DNA of 64,000 nt, from IMG/VR virus record IMGVR_UViG_3300043395_001986, positions 173,308 through 237,307 of that record; one strand, 5' to 3'. This DNA comes from a virus. Taxonomy: Duplodnaviria; Heunggongvirae; Uroviricota; Caudoviricetes. Below are positions 36,269 to 45,818 of the stretch, piece after piece (the stretch's first letter is position 1; each line of letters starts with the position of its first letter). A program made the position numbers and the translations under genes. The notes beneath the pieces are model-generated. The model saw only the letters and a program-made list of their open reading frames with translations. It was not told the origin of the DNA and searched no databases.

Positions 36269-37427
36269 AGTAAAATTTTTTTTAGATGATGCAGGTACGA
36301 TTATAGATTTTAATCTGCTTGATATGCAAAAGCAAGATTTAAGTTGGCAAAATCGTAGAGGTTTATTTGATTTGGTTCTAAATGAAAAATTAGAAGCAGA
36401 TACACCTAAACATTTTTATATATTTTCACGTGCGTTTGATGATTTTGTTGATTATTTTTTAGAAAGTATTTACTTTAAAGTAACATTAGAAAAATTACAA
36501 AAAGGAGAAATAGGTAAAATTGTTTTCTTTTGTGAAGATATGGATTGGTTTTCACATTTACAACCAAAATTAGACGATACTTTACATAAATTAAAAAACG
36601 CATTAGGCGATTACATAGATGTTGTAGAATTATATCTACCATCCTACTCGGAATTTGAGTATGAACCAGTTAAAAGATTTCATTCATTTGGATTTCTTAC
36701 TTTTAGATTGGGTTATTATCTCAAATTCCGATTTTTTAATGTCAATTTTTCGAAAATTGAAAAACACTTTTTCTCTGCAAACAATTATCCGAGAGCAAGT
36801 AGAATGCATTTTTACAAATATCTAAACGATAATGAATTATTTGATTATGGTAATTTTTCTTTCTTTAATTTTGCTAATATTCCGTTAGATGAAAATGGTC
36901 AATTCACATATGACCAAAGAGAAGATGATGGTGGATTAAGAAAGATACCATCTGATTATAAATTTGGTGCAATGAAATTCTATAATGAGAGAGAAGATAA
37001 TTATGTCAATCATGAAATTATCAAAGGATTGAATTTAGATATTATTGAAAAATCAGCCATCGAAATTATTTTTGAAACTGCATACTGCAAGGATGACTTT
37101 GTTCAGTTTAGTGAAAAAACAATTAAAGGTTTATTTTCACCACGTCCTTTTATACTACATTCATATCCATTTTCTTTAAAGAAGCTTAGAAAATTAGGAT
37201 TTAAAACATTCGATTTTCTATTTGATGAAGAATATGATAATATAGTTGACCATGAACAAAGATTGTATTATATATTTCATATGGTAAAACAAATTTCATA
37301 TTTGGATATAAACGAAATAAAAGCAACTTTGGAAAAAAACAAAGATGTATTTTTACACAATAGAGATGTATTAAATACTTTTTATAAAAATGAAGTTGAT
37401 ATAATTAGAAAAGCATTATGCTCGTAA
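36261..37427 (+). CDS. Unknown paralog family 'X' member 2
   Basis: FSEKTIKGLFSPRPFILHSYPFSLKKLRKLGFKTFDFLFDEEYDNIVDHEQRLYYIF; tandem with member 3; paralog of 10930 ORF. Confidence 0.5.
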   Translation: MDKVKFFLDDAGTIIDFNLLDMQKQDLSWQNRRGLFDLVLNEKLEADTPKHFYIFSRAFDDFVDYFLESIYFKVTLEKLQKGEIGKIVFFCEDMDWFSHLQPKLDDTLHKLKNALGDYIDVVELYLPSYSEFEYEPVKRFHSFGFLTFRLGYYLKFRFFNVNFSKIEKHFFSANNYPRASRMHFYKYLNDNELFDYGNFSFFNFANIPLDENGQFTYDQREDDGGLRKIPSDYKFGAMKFYNEREDNYVNHEIIKGLNLDIIEKSAIEIIFETAYCKDDFVQFSEKTIKGLFSPRPFILHSYPFSLKKLRKLGFKTFDFLFDEEYDNIVDHEQRLYYIFHMVKQISYLDINEIKATLEKNKDVFLHNRDVLNTFYKNEVDIIRKALCS

Positions 37428-38554
37428 ATTTTTTAGAAGTTAAAGATACAGAATTTGAAGTTTGTAATGTAAATGTAAACTTTGAAGAATACACCTATAA
37501 TAATAGAGTTGGATTTTTCAAATGGGTACAATCATTTTGTCAGCCTATTTCATTTTTAGCAAGTAATGCAAATGTATGTGTATTGATATATTCAATATCA
37601 TCTGACAAAGCATTGGAAAGTATAAATAAAAACTTTCACCTATTAAACAAATACAAAAAGATAATCATATTTCAGGAGGAACAAGATTTCATATGTTGTT
37701 CGTTGGAAAGATTTAATGCATTGAGAGATGAATTGCATTCTAAATTAAATGAGTTTGAAATAGAAGCTGTTTATTTTGATTTTAAATACAAATCTCAATA
37801 CGATTTGGGATTAAAAAGATACTACCATTTTGGTACTATAAATTATCTATTTGAATTAAATTTCAATTATATAGACAAGTACGATTATAACAGAGAGAAA
37901 ACAAAATACTTTTATAGTGGAAATGCGGCAGAAAGAGCACCTAGATTTCACCTACAAAAATATCTAACAGATAATAATCTTTTACATAATAATCAAGTTT
38001 CATTTTTTATTTATAGTGACAAAAATATCATTGAATATAATGAAAGTGTTGAAGGGTATGGTGAGTTTGATAAAATAAAAGATTTTACTTTTAAGAAAAT
38101 TGAATTTGAAACAACAAGTAATCTATCCGAATATACTCGTCTTTTGGAATTTAATGCATCACCAGATGCTTTAGCGGAAATTTCAATTGAAACGCTATCT
38201 AAATCGTATGGTGATTATGTTATTCAATTTTCAGAAAAAAGTTTCAAACCATTTTTCTATAAAAGACCATTTATGTTATTTGGATATAAAAATAATATAG
38301 AATGTTTGAAAGAATTGGGATATAAAACATTTGATTTTATATTTGATGAGTCGTATTCCGAAATAGATGAACAGCAACAACGATTAAATTCTATATTTAA
38401 AAACATAGGAAACTTTTGTGAAAAACCAATTGAAGAAAATTTAGAACTAATAAATAAACATTCAGATATTTATAACTATAATTTAGATAATTTAAAAAAT
38501 TTTATAGTTACAAATAAAGAAAACTTGCGTTATGAAATTATTAGTTATAGGTGA
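37418..38554 (+). CDS. Unknown paralog family 'X' member 3
   Basis: FSEKSFKPFFYKRPFMLFGYKNNIECLKELGYKTFDFIFDESYSEIDEQQQRLNSIF; near-collinear with member 2. Confidence 0.5.
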   Translation: MLVNFLEVKDTEFEVCNVNVNFEEYTYNNRVGFFKWVQSFCQPISFLASNANVCVLIYSISSDKALESINKNFHLLNKYKKIIIFQEEQDFICCSLERFNALRDELHSKLNEFEIEAVYFDFKYKSQYDLGLKRYYHFGTINYLFELNFNYIDKYDYNREKTKYFYSGNAAERAPRFHLQKYLTDNNLLHNNQVSFFIYSDKNIIEYNESVEGYGEFDKIKDFTFKKIEFETTSNLSEYTRLLEFNASPDALAEISIETLSKSYGDYVIQFSEKSFKPFFYKRPFMLFGYKNNIECLKELGYKTFDFIFDESYSEIDEQQQRLNSIFKNIGNFCEKPIEENLELINKHSDIYNYNLDNLKNFIVTNKENLRYEIISYR

Positions 38555-39263
38555 TAGTTGCACGGATGTATTTGTGTATGGTTATTGTAAACGATTATGT
38601 CCAGAAGGACCCGTTCCTATCTTTGAGCCATCTCGTACAATTACAAATATGGGTATGAGTGGTAATGTAGTAGCTAATCTTAAATCATTAGGAGCTGAGA
38701 AAGTTGAATTGGTTACAAATAGGGAACAGATTACCAAAACAAGATATGTTGAAGAAAAGGCAAATCACTTAATCATTCGTATTGATAGTAATGATAAAGT
38801 AGGTAATTCTTTTGATATTAAAAAAGTACCATTTAATGATTATGATGCGGTTATAGTATCTGATTATGATAAGGGATATTTAACTTATGATGATTTAGAA
38901 AGTATCGCCAAATCACATCCATTAACATTTATAGATACCAAGAAACCTTTAAATGAAAAAATGAAAGGATATACCTTCATAAAAATAAATGAGGTAGAAT
39001 GGGATGCTTGTAAAGGACAGGAGTATTCTAATTGGGAAGATAAATTAATTATAACAATGAGTGAGAGAGGTGCGATGTATAATGGAATAACCTACCCTGT
39101 AAATAATGATATTGAAGTTAGAGACTTAAGCGGTGCAGGTGATACCTTTATGGCAGGTTTAGCAATTAGTTATCTTAAAACAAAAAGTATAGAACGAAGT
39201 ATTCAATTTGCAAATGAATGCGCAACAAAAGTAGTTCAGAAAAAAGGAGTAGTAACATTATGA
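38532..39263 (+). CDS. PfkB-family sugar kinase, RfaE/HldE domain-I-like (D-glycero-beta-D-manno-heptose-7-phosphate kinase-like)
   Basis: N-terminus LLVIGDSCTDVFVYGYCKRLCPEGPVPIFEP...MGMSGNVVANLKSLGA parallels HldE domain I; PfkB motif DLSGAGDTFMAGL. Confidence 0.72.
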   Translation: MKLLVIGDSCTDVFVYGYCKRLCPEGPVPIFEPSRTITNMGMSGNVVANLKSLGAEKVELVTNREQITKTRYVEEKANHLIIRIDSNDKVGNSFDIKKVPFNDYDAVIVSDYDKGYLTYDDLESIAKSHPLTFIDTKKPLNEKMKGYTFIKINEVEWDACKGQEYSNWEDKLIITMSERGAMYNGITYPVNNDIEVRDLSGAGDTFMAGLAISYLKTKSIERSIQFANECATKVVQKKGVVTL

Positions 39264-39682
39264 CAAAGGTATGGGTAAACGGAACATTTGATATTGTCCA
39301 TTTGGGACATATACAAATGCTAAAAAAAGCAGCAGATTTAGGTGATTTTTTAATAGTTGGAGTTGATAGTGATAAAAGAGTTAGTGAATTAAAAGGAGAA
39401 GATAGACCTATTAATAAATTGATAAGTAGAATTACATTATTAGAAGCAATCAAATATGTTGATAGAGTTGTATCATTTGACTCGGATGAACAATTAGAAA
39501 CTTTGATTAAAACAATGAGACCTACAATAATGGTAATAGGAGAAGAATATAGGGATAAAAGAATTATAGGAAAAGAGTATGTAGGTGAAATTGTATATTT
39601 TCCTAAAATGGAAGGGTTTAGTTCAACAAACATTATAAATAAGTTATATGACAGAGAGAAAGTATCTACCAACATTAAGTGA
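39260..39682 (+). CDS. Cytidylyltransferase-fold nucleotidyltransferase, RfaE/HldE domain-II-like (heptose-1-phosphate adenylyltransferase-like)
   Basis: VWVNGTFDIVHLGHIQMLKKAADLGDFLIVGVDSDKRVSELKGEDRPINKLISRITLLEAIKYVDRVVSFDSD and FSSTNIINKL match HldE domain II; ATGA overlap with kinase gene (start moved from track 39218 to ATG 39260). Confidence 0.78.
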   Translation: MTKVWVNGTFDIVHLGHIQMLKKAADLGDFLIVGVDSDKRVSELKGEDRPINKLISRITLLEAIKYVDRVVSFDSDEQLETLIKTMRPTIMVIGEEYRDKRIIGKEYVGEIVYFPKMEGFSSTNIINKLYDREKVSTNIK

Positions 39683-40052
39683 ATTAATTGACAGATTAAG
39701 CATTGTTCAATTAAAAGAAGTGTTTATTCCTGAACACAAAGCGGAATACGCACAGGAAATAGCGGATATAGTAAATGATATTCAAATCCTATTAGATGAA
39801 AATAAAGGTGTAGTGACCGCAGAAACTATTAGAGCAATTGTAGTATTATCTCAAATGAATTTACATATTTGGCATAACGAGTCAAACTATCGTAAGGGAA
39901 TTAAAGATGGTAACAATTTAGAATTAACACATGGTATCAATGGTATAAGAAATACTGCAAAGAATAAGATACAGGAAGTTAATGGTGGCAGAAAAGATTA
40001 TAAAATAGATTGTTTAGCAGCAGAGTTTAAAGATTGGGAAATTAGTTGGTAA
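39648..40052 (+). CDS. Hypothetical protein
   Basis: 134-aa ORF. Confidence 0.4.
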   Translation: MTERKYLPTLSELIDRLSIVQLKEVFIPEHKAEYAQEIADIVNDIQILLDENKGVVTAETIRAIVVLSQMNLHIWHNESNYRKGIKDGNNLELTHGINGIRNTAKNKIQEVNGGRKDYKIDCLAAEFKDWEISW

Positions 40053-40080
40053 TATTTTTTGTAGTATCAAATACTTTTAG

Positions 40081-40088
40081 TACATTTG
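40081..40088 (+). promoter_or_regulatory. Bacteroidota-type -7 promoter element TACATTTG
   Basis: 5 nt upstream of ATG 40093 (near-leaderless). Confidence 0.35.
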
Positions 40089-40092
40089 TATT

Positions 40093-40305
40093 ATGAAAAG
40101 AAAAATGATACAATTAGAAATAGACCAATCTGAATTTTTTAACATATACTACCCGTTAGTAAGTGAATTTCCAGCAGAGTTTAAAGAGTCGATCCCGTTT
40201 TTCAAAAGTCAATTACAAAAACTTGCAGAAGTTGAAGATTATGAAAAATGTGCAAAATTACGGGATTTGATTGAATTAATACAAAATATTGAAGAAAATA
40301 ACTAA
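40093..40305 (+). CDS. Hypothetical small protein
   Basis: 70-aa ORF. Confidence 0.4.
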   Translation: MKRKMIQLEIDQSEFFNIYYPLVSEFPAEFKESIPFFKSQLQKLAEVEDYEKCAKLRDLIELIQNIEENN

Positions 40306-40604
40306 TTGATTATCAATTAGTTGTACAACCCATTGATTATCAACGGCTTATAGAGGTTTCATAAGTCATTGATTTTCAATGGGTTTTTGTATGTCATTGA
40401 TTTTCAATGACTTATGTAACTTATTGATACTGAATTAGTTAGATATTGAATTCATATATTACAAAAAAATATATGTGTAATTCGTTGATTTTCAAGCAAG
40501 AATTTTTAAAAATAGTTGACTCAAAGTGCGCAAGCAATGTATAAAAATCGTATCTTTGTTTTGTTCGGTAAAGAATACCCCAACACATTATAAAAAATCT
40601 TAAT
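40306..40604 (+). promoter_or_regulatory. Non-coding region with array of inverted repeats TTGAT-W3-TCAA (candidate operator/origin)
   Basis: Sites: TTGATTATCAA (x2), GTCATTGATTTTCAATGGG, GTCATTGATTTTCAATGAC (8-bp perfect arms), TTGATTTTCAAG, plus two degenerate copies; ends with TATCTTTG promoter-like box. Confidence 0.5.
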
Positions 40605-41435
40605 ATGAAAAGTATGTTACAATTTACAACAATTAGTTCTGCCAAAAAATTAACTGGTTTAAGTTATTTAGGTAGTGTTGCTTCATCGTCTAAAATTGCC
40701 AAAGGTTTACAATACAACGAAATGACGTATATATTGTATCTTGCTCCGGCTTCTCAAAGTGGATATAATGTTTGTCCAATGAGTACCGAAGAATGTAGAA
40801 CTGCTTGTTTAACCGAGTCTGGCCATAATCGTATTGACGTTAAAAAGAATAACATTAATAAAGCTCGTATCAAAAAGACTAAATTGTTCTTTGAACATAG
40901 AGAGTTCTTTATGAGTTGGTTAGTTGTTGAAATTACAAAAGCTAAAATTGATGCACATATGAAAGGTTATCAATTTTCAGTTCGTATCAATGGTACATCC
41001 GATATTAGTTTAGAAAGTTTCAAATTGAATGGTAAGAATATATTACAAATGTTCCCACTTATTCCTTTCTATGACTATACAAAAGTTGCTAAACGATTTG
41101 ATATGTTAAAGAAATACGATAACTATGATTTAACATATTCATTCAGCGGACATAATATGATACAATGTATTGATTTGTTAAGTAAAGGTAACGGACGTGT
41201 TGCGATGGTATTTGAAGGTAAGGTATTACCAAAAACATTTATGGGGTTTGATGTAATTGATGGTGATGCGTATGATATGAGATACTATGATGAACAAGGT
41301 GTTATTGTAGGATTGAAGTTTAAGAAAGTAAGAAACAAAATTGACACATCAAATAACGCATTCATTATTCCAATGGATAGTAAATTTAGTGTATATGAAA
41401 ACGAAAACAAAAAAGTTAAAGTTGCTGCCAAATAG
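40605..41435 (+). CDS. Hypothetical protein (Cys-cluster CPMSTEECRTAC)
   Basis: 276-aa ORF downstream of repeat region. Confidence 0.45.
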   Translation: MKSMLQFTTISSAKKLTGLSYLGSVASSSKIAKGLQYNEMTYILYLAPASQSGYNVCPMSTEECRTACLTESGHNRIDVKKNNINKARIKKTKLFFEHREFFMSWLVVEITKAKIDAHMKGYQFSVRINGTSDISLESFKLNGKNILQMFPLIPFYDYTKVAKRFDMLKKYDNYDLTYSFSGHNMIQCIDLLSKGNGRVAMVFEGKVLPKTFMGFDVIDGDAYDMRYYDEQGVIVGLKFKKVRNKIDTSNNAFIIPMDSKFSVYENENKKVKVAAK

Positions 41436-41550
41436 TAACAAACGAAATGACCAGGTAGAAGCTGGTGTATATGATGGTAGGTATAAACAAAAGGTTGTAC
41501 CTAACAAAAAGAAAAAAGCCGCTAAATTGTGGGCTCGTAAAAATAAATAA
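41396..41550 (+). CDS. Possible small highly basic peptide
   Basis: MKTKTKKLKLLPNSNKRNDQVEAGVYDGRYKQKVVPNKKKKAAKLWARKNK; only ATG start overlaps upstream gene by 40 nt; uncertain. Confidence 0.25.
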
Positions 41551-41561
41551 AAACAATCTAT

Positions 41562-42011
41562 ATGAATAACAATTTTATAAATGACCCAAACAATGATTTG
41601 GATATGATGAATGAAGATAGTTTAATCAATCAGTATTTCGATGCAATTAAAAAGCACGATTTTTCTTATATGTTTTCGGATGATAATAGATGGTATGAAG
41701 CCGGATATAAAAACCAAAAACATATTACTGAATTGATACATGCTTTGGTTTCTATTTGTAGGCTAGATGCTGAAAGATTGTTAGAAGATAGCTTATCCGA
41801 AGTGACCGAACAATTCGTTGATGGTTTAACACATAGAACAATCAATCAATGGTTTGAGCCGTATTTACCAAAACCTATAAACAAAGAATACTTTAAAGAA
41901 GTGGATGGTATGTATTTCGTAGCTCACCAATTTGATGTTGAAGGTGATGGTTGGGTAAACGAAGAACAACTAGAATTACTATTACACGAATATAATAACG
42001 GAGTAAAATAA
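41562..42011 (+). CDS. Hypothetical acidic protein
   Basis: 149-aa ORF. Confidence 0.4.
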   Translation: MNNNFINDPNNDLDMMNEDSLINQYFDAIKKHDFSYMFSDDNRWYEAGYKNQKHITELIHALVSICRLDAERLLEDSLSEVTEQFVDGLTHRTINQWFEPYLPKPINKEYFKEVDGMYFVAHQFDVEGDGWVNEEQLELLLHEYNNGVK

Positions 42012-42012
42012 T

Positions 42013-42270
42013 ATGAATATGAAAAAGAAAAAATTAGTAATGATTGATTGTATAAAATGTGGTAACAAAATGCCAGAATTACGATTTACTAAATTTGGTT
42101 ATCGTAGTTGTGTTAATTGTTCGACTGTTCAAAAAGTTGGTGGTGTAGCGATAGCTAATCACAAAACGGGTAATGAGATACAAATCATGCCCAAAGAAAT
42201 TGCAGATAGACTATATATGTTATCTCAACGACAAGGTTATGGAGTTTGTAAAGGTATGAAACATAATTAA
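42013..42270 (+). CDS. DksA/TraR-family C4 zinc-finger protein
   Basis: CIKCGNKMPELRFTKFGYRSCVNCS = C-x2-C-x17-C-x2-C with MPExR matching the TraR/DksA finger. Confidence 0.55.
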   Translation: MNMKKKKLVMIDCIKCGNKMPELRFTKFGYRSCVNCSTVQKVGGVAIANHKTGNEIQIMPKEIADRLYMLSQRQGYGVCKGMKHN

Positions 42271-42287
42271 TAATCAAAACATTTTAT

Positions 42288-42635
42288 ATGAGAACAACCG
42301 ATGAAAAAGCAATAGAATATCTTAAAAGCAATCCTATTGTTTCCGCATTTATAGATGAAGTTAATGCTAAACGATTAGCGTATTATACAAAAGCCGATAT
42401 GGTTAATCAGTATAGTGACCTAATTGTTGAAATTGGAAACAAATACATTCGTTTATGGGTAGGTACGGGTTGTTGGGGTTTCATTAGTAGAGTGGATGGT
42501 ATGTTAAAAGGTGCACCTATTAAGAAAGGTGACCTATTAAAACCGGCAACTTGGAAAGCACCCGCTAAACACGCACGTGGTAATATTATAGATGGTACTG
42601 CAAAATGGGGTGAATACGGTCCTTCATATCTTTAA
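42288..42635 (+). CDS. Hypothetical protein
   Basis: 115-aa ORF. Confidence 0.4.
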   Translation: MRTTDEKAIEYLKSNPIVSAFIDEVNAKRLAYYTKADMVNQYSDLIVEIGNKYIRLWVGTGCWGFISRVDGMLKGAPIKKGDLLKPATWKAPAKHARGNIIDGTAKWGEYGPSYL

Positions 42636-42648
42636 TTAAATAAACATT

Positions 42649-43308
42649 ATGAGAATAACAAATAGAACATCAACTTACATTGCAACTATTCCAATGAAAA
42701 GTATTGAGCAAGTTATAGAAGTTAAGGAAACATTAGAACAAATATTTGGATGGGTAGTATTGAAAGGTAGACATAGTGACCGAAAATCAGTATTAACAAA
42801 TTGGAGAAAGTTTGGACAAAATGATGTACCCTGGCGTAAAGCTGAATACATTGACATTTACTTACATCCTAAAAATCCAAATTATCAATCGGTAAATAAA
42901 GGTAATGGTATTCGTAGAGCTAATATGATTGGCTCTTTGTTAGTACCAAGAGTATTGGGTAAACACAAACAAGGTTTTTATGATGGTTGGGTAAATGAAC
43001 AAGAAACTAAAAAAAATCCAATATATCAGGCAATACAAAGTTTAAAAACACGAAAAAATTCACCACATTCTGGTAAACCATATGGTACTATTGCACAACA
43101 AATATGGAGTTTCATGAATAAAGTTGGTGAAGCAACTTATAGTGAAATGAAAGCATTTTATGATGTTGATGTAAGGGGTAATAATAGTATTATTAATGGT
43201 GGTAGTTTTATACATCACTTACAATCATTAAGAAAACCATCAAAGAAACGTGGGTGGTATTTAAGTAAACAATTAAATGGTAAATACGCATTAAGAATTT
43301 CTAAATAA
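42649..43308 (+). CDS. Hypothetical protein
   Basis: 219-aa ORF, basic. Confidence 0.4.
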   Translation: MRITNRTSTYIATIPMKSIEQVIEVKETLEQIFGWVVLKGRHSDRKSVLTNWRKFGQNDVPWRKAEYIDIYLHPKNPNYQSVNKGNGIRRANMIGSLLVPRVLGKHKQGFYDGWVNEQETKKNPIYQAIQSLKTRKNSPHSGKPYGTIAQQIWSFMNKVGEATYSEMKAFYDVDVRGNNSIINGGSFIHHLQSLRKPSKKRGWYLSKQLNGKYALRISK

Positions 43309-43315
43309 CAAAACT

Positions 43316-43519
43316 ATGGCAATATACAATAACGAAATTGACCCGAATATACTAATGTGGGAAACATTAGAGAAAGAAAGACACGAAACTTTGAGTGACC
43401 CAAAATATAGAGAATGGGTTAAAGAGCTTAATGTTTCTCGTTCTTATACTGATAGAGACGGTATTCATAAAGCAAATGATATGAATAGAGACTATAATTT
43501 TAACAAACTTAAATTTTAA
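43316..43519 (+). CDS. Hypothetical small protein
   Basis: 67-aa ORF. Confidence 0.35.
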   Translation: MAIYNNEIDPNILMWETLEKERHETLSDPKYREWVKELNVSRSYTDRDGIHKANDMNRDYNFNKLKF

Positions 43520-43522
43520 TTT

Positions 43523-44164
43523 ATGCCAAATTGGTGCCAAAACACATTGTTCGTTGAAGGAGACTTAAACGCACTACAAGATTTCAAAAAGAGAGTATTA
43601 AAAGTGAATGATAATGATATTGTGGAGTTCACTATGAATGAATTGATGCCGACACCACCTGAATTGCTAGAGCAAACATCACCTGCTATGTGGCGAGGTG
43701 ACAAGGAAGATGAGAAGGGTAGATTAGAATTTGAAAACTATTTAGATAGTTTAGAAGTAAAATATGGTGCAAAAGATTGGTACGAATGGCGTGTGAATAA
43801 TTGGGGAACTAAATGGGATGTATCAAGCGGTAATGTAGATGAAATGGATGGCGAAAGTTTGAATATACACTATGATACAGCATGGGGACCTAATGATGGA
43901 TTTATTAAATTCGCAAGTAAAGTTTACCCATCCTTAAAATTTAGATTATCATATGAAGAACCTGGTATGGGGTTTTGTGGTGTATTAATTTGTAAAGATG
44001 GTGAAATAGATTTTGAAGGACAAGATGATTTACAATGGGTTGATGAATATGATAATATTGTAGAATGGGATAGTGAATTAGAAAGATGGAAAAGAGTATC
44101 GGATAATTCAGTAATTGATGATGAAGACTTTTATCCAAATGAATATAACAAATTTAATTTTTAA
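43523..44164 (+). CDS. Hypothetical protein
   Basis: 213-aa ORF, Trp-rich acidic. Confidence 0.4.
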   Translation: MPNWCQNTLFVEGDLNALQDFKKRVLKVNDNDIVEFTMNELMPTPPELLEQTSPAMWRGDKEDEKGRLEFENYLDSLEVKYGAKDWYEWRVNNWGTKWDVSSGNVDEMDGESLNIHYDTAWGPNDGFIKFASKVYPSLKFRLSYEEPGMGFCGVLICKDGEIDFEGQDDLQWVDEYDNIVEWDSELERWKRVSDNSVIDDEDFYPNEYNKFNF

Positions 44165-44174
44165 AAAACAAAAT

Positions 44175-44513
44175 ATGAATTTACCAGAAGTATTTTTGAA
44201 AGCAAAATGGAAAACCGAAAATAAATTTCACAAAGAAGCATACGAAGATTGTCAATTAGCGGTTGATTACTTAACTAAACTTACATTAGAAAGAGGTGAT
44301 GATTATAATGTAGTGGGTTATACGCCGATTTTGGGCGAAAAGATTATGACAAGATTTGGTGTTCAAAAACGAATTGTGAAATACGATAAAGAATTGAGAC
44401 CATTGGATTATTGGAAAGATAGATTTTGGGATTTATCTTTGTTAGTTCATAAAAGAATGAAATTGCAAGAAAAACAAAACGAAAGAAAAGCTAAAAAAAC
44501 AAAAAAGAAATAA
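44175..44513 (+). CDS. Hypothetical protein
   Basis: Track ORF 44115.. trimmed to ATG 44175 (MNLPEVF) just after upstream stop. Confidence 0.4.
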   Translation: MNLPEVFLKAKWKTENKFHKEAYEDCQLAVDYLTKLTLERGDDYNVVGYTPILGEKIMTRFGVQKRIVKYDKELRPLDYWKDRFWDLSLLVHKRMKLQEKQNERKAKKTKKK

Positions 44514-44514
44514 T

Positions 44515-44799
44515 ATGGCAAAAGGAAAAAGTAAATATGAAATGAGAAATGGTATAACACCAAATGGATTGGTAGTTGTTGAAGTTATACAAAAAAAGAC
44601 AGGTGATGTTGTTAAAAGATTTATATCGGAAGAACATGCTGAAAAATGGATTAGTGGTGCAGTACAAACTGACTTAATGGAAAAACTATTGAAGTCCGGT
44701 GTTGTGGGTAACACAAAGGAGAATAGGGAATTAGCAGAACTACACTCGCAATTCAGTAGCGGTAGTATGGACGATGAAGATACCGAAGATGGTGAGTAA
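44515..44799 (+). CDS. Hypothetical protein
   Basis: 94-aa ORF. Confidence 0.4.
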   Translation: MAKGKSKYEMRNGITPNGLVVVEVIQKKTGDVVKRFISEEHAEKWISGAVQTDLMEKLLKSGVVGNTKENRELAELHSQFSSGSMDDEDTEDGE

Positions 44800-44856
44800 T
44801 CGTGGTTGTACACATTATAAAAATTTATATATGTTAAAATCTTAAAATTTAAACAA

Positions 44857-45213
44857 ATGAAAGCAATTAAAATTGATGCAAAAAATAGACAAGTTATTGA
44901 AGTAAACATTACATCTGATTATCAGGATATTAATAGAGAAATCGGTTGTCAAATATTCACAATCGCACATTCATTAAAGAAACGTGATACTATTATGGTA
45001 GATGATGAAGGATTGTATAACAATGAAAATACATTCTTTGTGTATAAAGGAGCACATCAGCCGTTTGCGGGAAATGGTTTGATTGTAGGATGTGACTCGA
45101 AAGGTGAGACAGTTGATTGTAAAATTGACATCAACGAAGTAAAACAAAATGTAGAGTTCTACGATAGAAATACATTAGCAATGGCAATGGCATTTGGTAA
45201 AGTAAAATATTAA
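44857..45213 (+). CDS. Hypothetical protein
   Basis: 118-aa ORF. Confidence 0.4.
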   Translation: MKAIKIDAKNRQVIEVNITSDYQDINREIGCQIFTIAHSLKKRDTIMVDDEGLYNNENTFFVYKGAHQPFAGNGLIVGCDSKGETVDCKIDINEVKQNVEFYDRNTLAMAMAFGKVKY

Positions 45214-45216
45214 TAT

Positions 45217-45429
45217 ATGATAAAGAGTAAAAAACAAACAGGTATTGTAATAGATTTGACAGGACCTGATGGTAATGCATTTGTATTGATTGGTAAAGCT
45301 GGTAATTTGGCTAAACAATTAGGATTGGATAGTAAAGCAATTCAAGCCGAAATGATGAGTGGTAATTACGACCAATTAGTAAAAACATTTGATAAACATT
45401 TTGGAAATTTTGTAACCTTATTAAAATAA
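45217..45429 (+). CDS. Hypothetical small protein
   Basis: 70-aa ORF. Confidence 0.35.
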   Translation: MIKSKKQTGIVIDLTGPDGNAFVLIGKAGNLAKQLGLDSKAIQAEMMSGNYDQLVKTFDKHFGNFVTLLK

Positions 45430-45434
45430 AAATT

Positions 45435-45806
45435 ATGGGATTAGATATGTACGCTTTCACTACCAAAGCAAAATTAAGTAAAGAGGTAGACTTTGAAGAA
45501 ATAAATTTGAAGCCTGAAGAATTACACTATTGGAGAAAACATCCTAACTTACATGGTTGGATGCAAGAATTATATGATGAGAAAGGTGGTAAGAGTGATA
45601 GTTTCAATGGTGATTGTGTTGTATTAACTAATAATGATTTAGATGTGTTAGAAGAAGATATTAGAGATGGTAATTTACCAGATACCGCAGGTTTCTTTTT
45701 TGGAAATACAATGGGTGACGAAATGGATGATGATTTACAATTCATTTCAAAAGCTAGAGAAGCAATCAAGGAAGGTAAGACAGTTTATTATACAAGTTGG
45801 TGGTAA
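45435..45806 (+). CDS. Hypothetical acidic protein
   Basis: 123-aa ORF. Confidence 0.4.
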   Translation: MGLDMYAFTTKAKLSKEVDFEEINLKPEELHYWRKHPNLHGWMQELYDEKGGKSDSFNGDCVVLTNNDLDVLEEDIRDGNLPDTAGFFFGNTMGDEMDDDLQFISKAREAIKEGKTVYYTSWW

Positions 45807-45818
45807 AATTAAAACACT

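Noticed and set aside
40306-40604. CRISPR array
   Set aside because: Repeats are 11-19-bp palindromic sites with irregular spacing and no constant-length repeat-spacer periodicity; no cas genes.
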